The notes under the pieces: model-generated | Told to the model about the DNA's origin: nothing | The model's database searches: none | Seen by the model: only the letters and a program-made list of their open reading frames with translations | Made by a program: the position numbers and the translations under genes | Source of the DNA: a virus | Taxonomy: Duplodnaviria; Heunggongvirae; Uroviricota; Caudoviricetes | Length of the DNA: 64,000 bases | Strand: one strand, 5' to 3' | Virus record (IMG/VR): IMGVR_UViG_2861084961_000001 | Shown here: positions 33,636 through 42,913 of the stretch, piece by piece | How positions within the stretch are numbered: the first letter of the stretch is position 1 | Layout of the letters: every line of letters begins with the position of its first letter

Positions 33636-34058
33636 ATGAGTTCGGTTGAAAATGTAATGACAAATGATGATCTGGACGAACTGACAGCTATGTTGCAATC
33701 ACTTGATGAACCGGTAAAAAAAGCTGCACAGGTTGAGAATACTGATGATATTGACGATCTGCTTCTAGGCCTCGATGCTGGCGTAGCCATGAGTTCTGAT
33801 GATGTTGCCGAAGAACTGTTCAATGAAGAAAAAGCAGGTGATTTTAGCTCCGCTTTAAATGAGTTGGAGTTAGCGCATGAGCCTATAAACGTAATTAACG
33901 CTGAAAGTGGTGAAGCTGCCGAAAATGAGCCAGAACAGTTGGGGATCATTGAGGTTGAAGAGTGTGTTGAGGTTAATGATGAATTAAAAGTTCAACAGTC
34001 AAATGATAGCAATACAAATAAAAAGCTCGTGCTGCAAGAGGTCCTCGTTTTACTTTAA
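33636..34058 (+). CDS. highly acidic protein (140 aa)
   Basis: Very high D/E content, strong RBS GAAGGAGA. Confidence 0.4.
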   Translation: MSSVENVMTNDDLDELTAMLQSLDEPVKKAAQVENTDDIDDLLLGLDAGVAMSSDDVAEELFNEEKAGDFSSALNELELAHEPINVINAESGEAAENEPEQLGIIEVEECVEVNDELKVQQSNDSNTNKKLVLQEVLVLL

Positions 34059-34216
34059 GTGATAAAGATGATTCGTTTTTCAATAAAGCAGGCTTAGAAA
34101 AAGATATTTTCTTAGACGCTTATGAAAACGCGCCTGTCAAAGCGAAGGATAAGATATTAAACCTTCTTAATTGGTTTAGCGGAGGTCCAGATATTAGTGT
34201 TTACACGGTAATTTCC

Positions 34217-34444
34217 ATGAGACACCTTCTCACAGAAAAGAAGGCTACAAGTAATAGTATTAAGATTGCTTTAATGAGCAATCCAGAAAAACCGTATCCG
34301 CTTAACACTGCGTCAACTCAGGCTGGGCAAATGATGGCTGTATTTCCAGCTACAGGAATTGCCGTTAGAGACGGTGGAAATCTAACATTGAACGAAGAAT
34401 CACCGATCGTTAAGAAGTTTGTCGCGGAGTACACTATTGGATGA
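34217..34444 (+). CDS. hypothetical protein (75 aa)
   Basis: ORF track. Confidence 0.35.
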   Translation: MRHLLTEKKATSNSIKIALMSNPEKPYPLNTASTQAGQMMAVFPATGIAVRDGGNLTLNEESPIVKKFVAEYTIG

Positions 34445-34518
34445 CGTTCCCCTACTGAAAATAAAGCCCATAGAGAGCTTTATAGTGCTGGGTAAGCTAA
34501 CCCATACCCAGCACCACA

Positions 34519-34566
34519 AAAACGCGCCAGAGAGCTTCTTGTTCGCATTTCTGGCGCGTTTTATTT
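34519..34566 (+). terminator. terminator hairpin AAACGCGCCAGA ... TCTGGCGCGTTT
   Basis: 12-bp inverted repeat with T-rich tail. Confidence 0.5.
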
Positions 34567-34597
34567 GATTGCCATACATAAAATCAAATGCAAAAAT

Positions 34598-34617
34598 AGG
34601 TAATCACTTACCTATTG
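34598..34617. promoter_or_regulatory. motif A palindrome (ATAGGTAA-TCAC-TTACCTAT, perfect arms)
   Basis: Immediately upstream of the Dam-like methyltransferase start. Confidence 0.45.
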
Positions 34618-34626
34618 AGAAAGAAG

Positions 34627-35220
34627 ATGATTGCAGCCGAAAAAATCAAACAGCGAAAGCGCGACAACTCTCTTCGTGACCTCTGGAGAACACCTGATTG
34701 GCTGTTTTCTGCCATTCAACGTTATCTTGGGGTGACATTTGATGTTGACGTTGCCTGCAACAAGGACAATGCAAAGCTGCCTAATTTCATAGGCGTTGAG
34801 CGTGATGCTTTGAAATCTGAATGGGGACAGCCAGGTACAATTGCCTTCCTCAATCCACCCTACTCCAAAATCTCCCCCTGGATTGATGCTGCTATACGTG
34901 AGCAGGCTCGCGGAGTTACAACAGTGATGCTAATTCCTCAATCCCTCGATACAAAGTGGTATGAGCGTGCAACAGAGTATGCGAATGAGACGATTATTCT
35001 GTCTGGTGGCCGCGTAGCGTTTGTCGAGCCTGACGTCAATTTGGGTCAGGTAGAAGTAAACATCAACCCCGGTGGCAGTATGCTCGTTGTTTTTCGAGGA
35101 TTCTGTCAGGACGCTGGGCACTCTATAAGCAAGATCCCTTTGGACGTAATGAAAAGTCTGGGAGGGTATGATCCTGCGAATGTGGTCAGGAAAAAAAGAC
35201 CATCAAAGAAGGCTGCTTAG
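34627..35220 (+). CDS. DNA methyltransferase, NPPY motif (likely N6-adenine, phage Dam-like)
   Basis: FLNPPYSKISPW; start ATG 34627 (track begins at an alternative start 34615). Confidence 0.55.
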   Translation: MIAAEKIKQRKRDNSLRDLWRTPDWLFSAIQRYLGVTFDVDVACNKDNAKLPNFIGVERDALKSEWGQPGTIAFLNPPYSKISPWIDAAIREQARGVTTVMLIPQSLDTKWYERATEYANETIILSGGRVAFVEPDVNLGQVEVNINPGGSMLVVFRGFCQDAGHSISKIPLDVMKSLGGYDPANVVRKKRPSKKAA

Positions 35221-35405
35221 TTTGTTCTGGCGAGTGTAATTAACCTGCTTCTGTATATAAATAACTACATATTAATTATTAATATACGGAAGCAGGCTGT
35301 TTTGTATCAGAGACTCCCAGACCTGAACACCACTACAGAATCCACTAGAACCCCTTCTCAGACGCTTTAAAATCGATTTTATGAACCACTTTAAGGAAAA
35401 CTAAC

Positions 35406-35636
35406 ATGTCATACCCGACCAATGTTGTTGCGCTCGTAGAGAGCGATTTTCTGGCTAAGGCTCGTGAAATGATGAAAGATCGCGAGCAGGCTTTCAACTT
35501 GTACGAATGGGCAATTAAGTGCTTGCATCTTGGGGAGCATCGCGAACTTGTTGAACAGCTTTTAGGTGAGTTGATCAACGAGGTGTTTGCCTTGAATGTT
35601 CAACTACATGGTCGAGAAAATAACCAATCGAAATGA
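35406..35636 (+). CDS. hypothetical protein (76 aa)
   Basis: ORF track. Confidence 0.35.
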   Translation: MSYPTNVVALVESDFLAKAREMMKDREQAFNLYEWAIKCLHLGEHRELVEQLLGELINEVFALNVQLHGRENNQSK

Positions 35637-36217
35637 TAGATAAGTACAAACTATTCATAAGATGGATTGTAAGTGCTAAGATCTGATAGTTTCCAGTCGT
35701 AGACTGGAGACTCGACCTGATGGGTGGGGGTAAGCGTCACTGGCGTCAGGTTTAAAAAAGCTCACTACCAGCGTAGAACCGGTGCCGTTTAGGTGTCGGG
35801 GAAGGGGGAACCAAAGTGAGCGGAGACAAGGGTCACTTTATGATTGTCGAGTCTGGGATGTTTCGAGAGGTTGAATCCAGTACTCCCCTTCATAAAGTGT
35901 GGGAAGATCTCGGTTCTGGGGTGCTGTCATCCATAACTTCCCAAGTCTAAGCTGGCAGTAGACTTAGACCATAGCTTTTCAGGTTATGAAACGACCAGGT
36001 TGGTGAGGAATTTTATACTCACCTCCCTGGGAGAGTATTACCTGAAAAGACAACCTCTCACTTCGTTCGAGGTGAACTTCACTCACTTCGTTCGTTCAGT
36101 TCAGGTTTATAAAAACCTGTACTGGGAAGTAATTTGTTTATTTTAATAATTATTACACGCACGCGTGTGCGCACGCGCGAGGAAAAAATCGGCGCGGCGC
36201 TTGATTCAGGAGTTTAT

Positions 36218-36808
36218 ATGACGTCGAAGACACCAGCCCGGTCGCAAGCAAAAACTCGCAAAAAAGACAAAAACAAAAATTCTCCCCGCACCAATCCCAC
36301 AACGCCTGTCGTAGAGTTCAATCCCCAGCTTAAAACCGTGAAAATCTTCAGTGATGGCTCTTGCCTTAAAAATCCGGGTGGCCCGGGCGGTTACGGTATA
36401 GTTCTCCAGTATCGTGGTGAGGAACGCGAGTTCTCAGATGGTTTTCATAGCACCACCAATAACCGCATGGAGATGATGGGGGCACTTATCGGGCTGGAGC
36501 GTTTGAAATATCCATGCAACGTTATTTTGCACTCTGATAGCCAGTATCTGAAAAACGGCATGACACAGTGGATGAAATGGTGGAAACGCAATGGATGGAT
36601 GACTTCTGACAAAAAACCGGTAAAGAATGTTGATCTGTGGAAGCGTCTGGATGAGGCCGCAAGTCGACATAATGTTCGCTGGAAGTGGGTTAAAGGTCAC
36701 GCCGGGCATCGTGAAAATGAAATATGTGATCGACTCGCGAAGATCGCAGCTTTTTCCGCAGCAGATATGCCTCACAAGAAAGATATTGGTTTTGTTTATA
36801 ACAAGTAG
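36218..36808 (+). CDS. rnhA: ribonuclease HI with about 45-aa basic N-terminal extension
   Basis: [91 protein letters not shown]; ATG 36218 inside track ORF 36134..36808. Confidence 0.85.
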   Translation: MTSKTPARSQAKTRKKDKNKNSPRTNPTTPVVEFNPQLKTVKIFSDGSCLKNPGGPGGYGIVLQYRGEEREFSDGFHSTTNNRMEMMGALIGLERLKYPCNVILHSDSQYLKNGMTQWMKWWKRNGWMTSDKKPVKNVDLWKRLDEAASRHNVRWKWVKGHAGHRENEICDRLAKIAAFSAADMPHKKDIGFVYNK

Positions 36809-36827
36809 TAAGTAAGTGTTTACCTAT
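36808..36827. promoter_or_regulatory. motif A palindrome (GTAAGTAA-GTGT-TTACCTAT)
   Basis: Intergenic, after rnhA. Confidence 0.4.
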
Positions 36828-36956
36828 CATTTTAAATCATGTATCTTATCGGCGTCAGGATGACAATGTGTCGGTAAGACACAGTTCCAGGATGGAACGA
36901 GAAAGGCGGCTGGCAATCGCCAGCCGCAACTCTTTCTGACACTGGATGGAGTCCAC

Positions 36957-37464
36957 ATGGCACGTCAAACCTATTTCACTTCTGCAACTAAACGTCCTCG
37001 TTCTTTACGTCAAATTTTGGCCGAATTATTTAGCGGTCGTGTTATGTCACGTCTTGATGAACTAGAGACTACCGTTCGGTTGCTGAATGAACGTTTAGAT
37101 AATCAAGCGTCAGTTGTTGCGAACGTGGGGGCGATTGTTGCCTCTGGTTCTTCACGCGAAGCGAAAAGTACACGGCCTTTAGTGAAGGAGAAAAACAACA
37201 AGGACAGTTCGAATGGAAAATTTTCAAAGAAAGAGGCTGAAACCAATGGCCTACGTTCTCATTATAGTTTCACTGGCGACGGTAGCCGTTCCAGCCGGCC
37301 AGAGCCTTTTGATGCCGGATTCATCCATCACCACACCTTCGTCGACGACAATTACCACCACTCCAGTGGAGCGTCCTGTCACTCTGGATGGGATGGCGGT
37401 GGATGCGATACCTCAAGTTCATCCAGTTACTCAGGATCATGCTGTGACTAAGGCGGTTGTATGA
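36957..37464 (+). CDS. hypothetical protein(s) with C-terminal transmembrane segment; frames 36957.. and 37213.. probably one gene
   Basis: ORF track; hydrophobic AYVLIIVSLATVAVPAG in second frame. Confidence 0.3.
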
Positions 37465-37649
37465 ACTGGTTTTCAAATCACTTTGGAAAAATTTGGCTGG
37501 CAATTCTTGCCCTCATGGCCGCCGGTTGGGTATCGAACATTATAAAACTTGTTTGCTCTGGCGATCTCCAGTTTCAGGCTGGCATGACCTTGGCTCGTGT
37601 AGTTGGGATTTTTGTTTTTCCAGTTGGTTCGGTACTTGGTTATTTCTGA
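37461..37649 (+). CDS. small two-helix membrane protein (62 aa)
   Basis: ORF track; hydrophobic segments. Confidence 0.4.
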   Translation: MNWFSNHFGKIWLAILALMAAGWVSNIIKLVCSGDLQFQAGMTLARVVGIFVFPVGSVLGYF

Positions 37650-37704
37650 CGGCTGTTAGTGCATATGCATTGACCATCTCTGCGTAAGCAATTTATGTAA
37701 TTAG

Positions 37705-37719
37705 AAAACAACTTGTTTT
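37705..37719. promoter_or_regulatory. motif B palindrome (AAAACAA-C-TTGTTTT)
   Basis: Upstream of TerB-like gene. Confidence 0.45.
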
Positions 37720-37742
37720 GACAAATAATAAAAGGAAAACAC

Positions 37743-38167
37743 ATGTTAGGTTTCTTCAAAAAGAAAACTCGTAAAGCTGTTATCGAAGTCAAAAAATGGA
37801 GAACCGTGATGCGGTTGAGGCCACCGTGTGGGGCGCGTACATGATCTCCTATGCCGACGGCACATGTGACGCAAAAGAAATTGCCATTCTTGAGAAGACA
37901 ATTGCAGCTCTGCCTGCGTTTTCTCCGTTTGCTGGTGAAATTGCCCAAATGAGCGCCAATATCCGTGCTCGTTACGAAGCGTCCCCTCGTTCTGCTAATG
38001 CACAGGCTATTCGTGAGCTGTCTGATATTGCGGGTACTCCAGAGGCGGTCGATGTTCTGTGTCTGTGCCTTGATATTGCCGATCAGGACGGCATTGGTGA
38101 ACAAGAAGAGCAGGCACTGAAAAAGATCGCCCAGGCGCTTCAGTTGTCACTGGATGCTTATCTCTAA
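37743..38167 (+). CDS. TerB-like domain protein (frameshift at an A6 run near 37790)
   Basis: TerB-like helices with acidic motifs (DGTCDAKEIAILEKTIAAL, LCLCLDIADQDGIGEQEEQALKKIAQAL); ATG 37743 behind AAAAGGAAAACACATG is out of frame with ORF 37796..38167. Confidence 0.45.
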
Positions 38168-38328
38168 TGCTTGAGAGATTCCGGCTTGTGATCGTCATTG
38201 CTCTTCTGGTGATGGCGGTGTTGGTGGATTTACGGGAAAGATGATGTCTGTCATTTCTGATGGCGTCCTCATTGGTTTGGCGATCTACTTCGCTTATCCG
38301 TTAGTTCGTAAAGCAAAGTGTTAATGAC

Positions 38329-38352
38329 AAGGGCCAAATGGCCCTTGTGTTT
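38329..38352 (+). terminator. rho-independent terminator GGGCCA-AA-TGGCCC plus T-rich tail
   Basis: Hairpin after two small hydrophobic ORFs. Confidence 0.5.
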
Positions 38353-38431
38353 CGTTGACCGAAATAGAGAGTTTGCACCTTTACGTTTAGCTTGCTCCCC
38401 TTTTATGCCACATCACAATAAAGCCAATAAG

Positions 38432-38445
38432 AAAACAACTTGTTT
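38432..38445. promoter_or_regulatory. motif B palindrome (AAAACAA-C-TTGTTT)
   Basis: Upstream of 38464 gene. Confidence 0.45.
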
Positions 38446-38463
38446 AAGCATTAGGAAAAACAC

Positions 38464-39030
38464 ATGTGCAAGAAATGCAAAGCGATAGCTGATGAACAAA
38501 ACGCCTTATTCGAAGAAATGGATGCTAATGAACTGGTCAAAATGTTAGCCATTCTTCGAGGAATAGAAGACGTTTCCATATTTGAGAGAGTGGTTACAGC
38601 ACTTAATTTTGAGTCCACCTTTGAAGAGCCAACTCAGGTTGTAGCTTTAGCACATCATTTCGGTGTTCATTATCTTGCTGAAAAAGAGAGAGCTGATAAG
38701 TTGCAAGCGACTTTGGATATGGTGAGCGAGACTCAAGGAACTCATGACGGTAACAAAAGTGAGACGATTATTGCCAGCAAAGATCGTGAAATTGCCGGGC
38801 TTAAATCCTCTCTAACGATGTTGATGTCTGCAATTAACCTTATGTCTTCTAAAGCAGGTTATAAAATGCCATCACTAAACAGCGACGATCCGATGGCCGT
38901 TCGCCAGCTTTTAGGTGCAATGGCCGACCAGCTCGACGACACAAAGAGTCGCCTTGAAGACATGATGCGGGAGCTCACGCATCGCCATGACTTGAATAAG
39001 CAGCCACACAAAACGCAATACGCACTCTAA
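38464..39030 (+). CDS. hypothetical protein (188 aa)
   Basis: ORF track; AGGAAAAACACATG context. Confidence 0.45.
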   Translation: MCKKCKAIADEQNALFEEMDANELVKMLAILRGIEDVSIFERVVTALNFESTFEEPTQVVALAHHFGVHYLAEKERADKLQATLDMVSETQGTHDGNKSETIIASKDREIAGLKSSLTMLMSAINLMSSKAGYKMPSLNSDDPMAVRQLLGAMADQLDDTKSRLEDMMRELTHRHDLNKQPHKTQYAL

Positions 39031-39047
39031 TACTGCACCAGTCGACA

Positions 39048-39069
39048 GGGGGCGAAAGCCCCCATTTTT
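39048..39069 (+). terminator. rho-independent terminator GGGGGC-GAAA-GCCCCC plus T5
   Basis: Perfect stem plus ATTTTT. Confidence 0.6.
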
Positions 39070-39127
39070 ACGCCTTAAATCTGCTGTAACGCCTATGAAT
39101 GCAGCTTTTATGCCTTTTCAAGTTTGC

Positions 39128-39173
39128 GATAATTACACCAATAAGAAAACAAATTATTTAATGGTGTAATTAT
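39128..39173. promoter_or_regulatory. 12-bp perfect inverted repeat ATAATTACACCA / TGGTGTAATTAT enclosing a degenerate motif B; right arm overlaps the methyltransferase start codon
   Basis: Arms at about 39129-39140 and 39162-39173; ATG at 39172. Confidence 0.4.
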
Positions 39174-40857
39174 GAATACAGCCCTTTCCATCATCGACGA
39201 TGCCAGCTCAAACACGGCTATCGACTATCGTCAGGAAATGAATGTCATCCACGAAATCGTGGACGAGTGCGAGAAAGAGATCGCCTTCATGTATCAGGTA
39301 CACGACTTCGTTTATGGCGACGAACGCCACAACATGATTAATCGCCTGCTGAGACTAAACCATCGACCAGATGAAGATCGCTCGCGTTTAAATCGAGGTT
39401 GGTTGGATAAAGTTGATCTGGAATGGGTGAAACAGAATATTTGGGCCGAGTACTGGAGGAAGGTCACGGACATGACTAACGTTTTGCTGATCATGCCAGC
39501 TTCCCGTCGAGATGAGTGGCGCGAGCAGTTTATAGAGGGCAAACAGGAAGTCATCAAAACTGACAGAACCGGCTACCAGATGAAGGTTAAAGAGTTCGTT
39601 GGTGTACCGGAGTTCAAAGCAGAAACGGTCATACCCACGATGCTTAATTTGCTGAATGACAGGCACAAATATCTCTCTGAGCGCGTGTATGGCTTGTTTA
39701 AGGCGCTGAGTCCTGCGCACAAGACAAATAAGACAAACGGTTTCAGCGAGCGTCTGATAATCGCTGACTGCATTTCTGATTTCTGGCGGGACAGCGTTAG
39801 CGTGAACTATCGCAAAGAGGACTACATCGACGATCTGCGTGTCTTGCTTCATTTCTTCGCGCACAAAGAATTTATTACCATCAACCGCACTGCTGAGGTG
39901 CTATCAGCTGCGTATCGGGCAAACGACTGCCAGACCGGTGACTGGATGAACGTCGATGGAAATCTGATGCGCGTGAAGATGTTCAAGAACGGCAACGTTC
40001 ACTTTGAAATACATCCTGACGTGGCCTGGAAGTTGAATGAGGTGCTGGCTTACAGTATGCCTGCTGCAATCCCCGCGCCATGCCGAACTGCGCCAAAAAC
40101 ACGGGCACCAAAGCAGTTCGGTTTAATCCAGAAGACGATCTCCGTGCCGGTTCGCACTGCGCTTCGTGACGGGCGATTGAGCAAAGACAAAGGCGTATGG
40201 TACTTCTCTGATTCAGCTCTCCAGAAGTCGCAGGTGGAAGAGCTTGAGCGCACACTGAGCTTCATTGGCGGCGTGCAGGAGAAAAAGCACTGGCAGTTCC
40301 CGTATGACATCGGCCATACGCTAAATACGATTGTGGCTACCGGTTTAATACCGGATACAAAATCACACCAGTTCTACCCTACCCCACGCTTGATTGCTGA
40401 GTACGTTGCCAGAGCCACTGAATTGAAGCCTGGTGAGAAGCTGCTTGAGCCTCACGCCGGACGTGGGGATCTTCTGGCCTATATTAACGCCGATCTGGAA
40501 GATGTTACCTGCATAGAAATCGCACCTCTCTTCGCTGATATCCTGCGTGGAAAAGGGTATACGAACACGATTTGCTGCGACTTCATAAAGTGGTCTGAGG
40601 ACAACGCAGGTTATCAGTTCGACAAAATCGTTATGAACCCGCCGTACTCGCTTGGTCGTCATAGGGAGCACACGATGGCTGCGCTGGGGCATCTGAAAGT
40701 CGGCGGGCGTCTTGTAGCAGTATTGCCGGGCACTGCGCCAATACTGGACTGGATGACGATGGATAATTACGTTTATGCCAGAGGGAAGTCGTTTACCAAC
40801 GAGTTTGAAGACACAGGGATCACAGTCAGCGTATACGTTTTCAAACGCGTTAAATGA
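39172..40857 (+). CDS. DNA methyltransferase with about 400-aa N-terminal domain of unknown function and C-terminal NPPY-type catalytic domain
   Basis: LEPHAGRGDLL (SAM-binding-like) and DKIVMNPPYSLG; 561 aa intact. Confidence 0.6.
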   Translation: MNTALSIIDDASSNTAIDYRQEMNVIHEIVDECEKEIAFMYQVHDFVYGDERHNMINRLLRLNHRPDEDRSRLNRGWLDKVDLEWVKQNIWAEYWRKVTDMTNVLLIMPASRRDEWREQFIEGKQEVIKTDRTGYQMKVKEFVGVPEFKAETVIPTMLNLLNDRHKYLSERVYGLFKALSPAHKTNKTNGFSERLIIADCISDFWRDSVSVNYRKEDYIDDLRVLLHFFAHKEFITINRTAEVLSAAYRANDCQTGDWMNVDGNLMRVKMFKNGNVHFEIHPDVAWKLNEVLAYSMPAAIPAPCRTAPKTRAPKQFGLIQKTISVPVRTALRDGRLSKDKGVWYFSDSALQKSQVEELERTLSFIGGVQEKKHWQFPYDIGHTLNTIVATGLIPDTKSHQFYPTPRLIAEYVARATELKPGEKLLEPHAGRGDLLAYINADLEDVTCIEIAPLFADILRGKGYTNTICCDFIKWSEDNAGYQFDKIVMNPPYSLGRHREHTMAALGHLKVGGRLVAVLPGTAPILDWMTMDNYVYARGKSFTNEFEDTGITVSVYVFKRVK

Positions 40858-40876
40858 TAGGTAAATACTTACTTAA
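40857..40876. promoter_or_regulatory. motif A palindrome (ATAGGTAA-ATAC-TTACTTAA)
   Basis: Intergenic, upstream of 40919 gene. Confidence 0.4.
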
Positions 40877-40918
40877 TTTATGTAAGAATGTAGTAACTAA
40901 ACGATAAGAGAAAAACAC

Positions 40919-41623
40919 ATGAGCAACCTCCAGTTAGAGCATTTTAACGTCACAGGCCATTCCGATTTTCCTTTCAAGTTTACATTGAAAGGTTATGCGG
41001 AGGATGCGGTAGGCCAGATCATTATTGATAAAGGTATCGTTAAGTTTGAGGGGAATTTTGATGAATCCGCGAAAACATTCATAGACTTCGTTGCCAAACG
41101 TTGGAGCGAGCAATGGAAAGACCTGGAAAAGCGCGCCAATGAGTTTGATCGGTTCATGGATGCAATGGATACAGCAAAAGAGGCTCTGGCTGCCGGGACT
41201 CCGTTAGATCTGGAGTCACTTTTCAACGGCACAATGGCCTCTGCGATGTTCGCCACCATGTTCGCGGGTGAGTTCGTCCGCAGCGGTGCCAAAAACTACC
41301 TTGAGCTGGATTACAACGTCCCTGAAATTGGCGATTTCGTCGTTACCATCCAACGAAAAGAAGGTAAGACGCCAGGTGAACGCGTCGCAGAACTTGAGGC
41401 CGTTGTGGAGCAGCGTAACGGCGAGTGCGTTCGTTTGATCAACGAACGTAATGCTCTTCGTGAAGAAAAAATATGCACAGGTAGCAATACACGTAATGCA
41501 GCGGATATCTACTTCCAGTTAGTTGAGGAATGCCAGATTCCACCAGGTGGCTCTCTTGTCGATTACGTCAGACATTTAATGGCGGAAGTTAACTCCAGCC
41601 ATAAAGATGGTGAGGTGCGCTGA
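40919..41623 (+). CDS. hypothetical protein (234 aa)
   Basis: ORF track; GAGAAAAACACATG context. Confidence 0.45.
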   Translation: MSNLQLEHFNVTGHSDFPFKFTLKGYAEDAVGQIIIDKGIVKFEGNFDESAKTFIDFVAKRWSEQWKDLEKRANEFDRFMDAMDTAKEALAAGTPLDLESLFNGTMASAMFATMFAGEFVRSGAKNYLELDYNVPEIGDFVVTIQRKEGKTPGERVAELEAVVEQRNGECVRLINERNALREEKICTGSNTRNAADIYFQLVEECQIPPGGSLVDYVRHLMAEVNSSHKDGEVR

Positions 41624-42003
41624 TGTTTGGCATTGATGCACAGCGTATAGCAGCTTTTGCAAAAAGCCCTCTTGATAATCCCTTGTCTCGTAGTGAGCAA
41701 ATGGAGCTGGCAAGGCTTTTTCTTCACATTCAAAAACAGGCAGACGTTTTCAATAACATGCCTGATCAACCTATTCTGGATGGTCACATCCAGATGGTCA
41801 TTAACAGTCATGAGAAAGGCTGGGCTGCAATCGTCCCCTGCACAATTACATACAAGTTGGCGAAAGAGGTTCAAGAGTTTCGAAAAGCCAGTGTCGAATC
41901 GGAGTCTACCAAAGCCGCAATAAACACTCTTATTCGCATGGGGTTCACATGGGACGGTGGAGTTTACTGGCAAGCACCTCAACCCATTTTATCCGGCAAT
42001 TAG
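41623..42003 (+). CDS. hypothetical protein (126 aa)
   Basis: ORF track; start overlaps previous stop. Confidence 0.4.
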   Translation: MFGIDAQRIAAFAKSPLDNPLSRSEQMELARLFLHIQKQADVFNNMPDQPILDGHIQMVINSHEKGWAAIVPCTITYKLAKEVQEFRKASVESESTKAAINTLIRMGFTWDGGVYWQAPQPILSGN

Positions 42004-42062
42004 GCGCTACAAATCCTTCTGCATGAATAAATAAAGGCCATAACTTATGGCCTTAAATAAAT

Positions 42063-42113
42063 TGTTTTCTACCTTTTCTTATTTGTGAAAATAACCACAA
42101 CTAGAAAACAACG
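42063..42113. promoter_or_regulatory. motif B half-sites as inverted repeat TTGTTTTCT ... AGAAAACAA
   Basis: Upstream of the HD-hydrolase gene. Confidence 0.35.
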
Positions 42114-42122
42114 GAGTTAAGA

Positions 42123-42764
42123 ATGTCTAGTATTTCCGAAGCTCATATGTTCGCCGCTGGCGCTCATGGTGGCGTTGGTCAGAAAAGAAAATATACCGGC
42201 GAAGACTACATCAACCACCCGGTTGCTGTACGAGAGATTGTTGCATTGCATGACGGAACCGTGGATATGCAAATCGCGGCGCTTCTGCATGATGTGGTCG
42301 AAGACACCCATGTAACCATAGAGATGGTTCGTGATCACTTCGGTGAGCGCGTAGCTGAAATGGTTCAGGCTCTGACCAACATTGCAAGGCCAGAAGACGG
42401 CAATCGAATACAGCGTTTCATCATCAATGTCCGGGAGCTGGAGCAAAATCTCGACATGCAGACGCGCATGATCAAGCTGGCTGACCTGCTCGACAATACC
42501 TCTTCTATCGTGAGTCGCGATCCTGAGTTTTCAGCTATCTACCTTGCAGAGAAAGAGCTGATGCTGGACGTACTTTTTAACGGGAAGGAGATTGGTGCCA
42601 ACGCTGATGTTGTCGAGTACATGGAGAGGATAGGTATAGAACACCCGTTGCTATTAAGCGCAATGGCGAAAGTCACTGAAGGTATTGCGCTTCTGAAACC
42701 GGAACACATCAAACGTTATGAAAAACACAAATCGCTGATCTGGAGCGCGTGGGAGGCTGCATGA
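42123..42764 (+). CDS. HD-domain phosphohydrolase resembling the RelA/SpoT (p)ppGpp hydrolase domain
   Basis: AHGGVGQKRKYTGEDYINHPVAVREIVAL...AALLHDVVEDT matches the SpoT-type HD signature; 213 aa, no synthetase domain. Confidence 0.55.
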   Translation: MSSISEAHMFAAGAHGGVGQKRKYTGEDYINHPVAVREIVALHDGTVDMQIAALLHDVVEDTHVTIEMVRDHFGERVAEMVQALTNIARPEDGNRIQRFIINVRELEQNLDMQTRMIKLADLLDNTSSIVSRDPEFSAIYLAEKELMLDVLFNGKEIGANADVVEYMERIGIEHPLLLSAMAKVTEGIALLKPEHIKRYEKHKSLIWSAWEAA

Positions 42765-42907
42765 AGGTAGAAAAAATAGATGTTCTTTCCTTTGTGCTGA
42801 CGGATCTGGAACGTCTCGATCCGGTTCGAGTGATGATTGAAAACTACGAACCTGGTAAGGGAAGAATCACCATCACCTGCTACGGAAAAGCGTGGACTGC
42901 GGCTTAG
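42761..42907 (+). CDS. small ORF (48 aa) coupled to HD gene by ATGA overlap
   Basis: Read from sequence; below track length cutoff. Confidence 0.25.
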   Translation: MKVEKIDVLSFVLTDLERLDPVRVMIENYEPGKGRITITCYGKAWTAA

Positions 42908-42913
42908 TTTGCT

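Noticed and set aside
37213-37649. Holin or lysis cassette, suggested by small membrane proteins
   Set aside because: No endolysin-like domain or spanin pair nearby; membrane topology alone is not enough.
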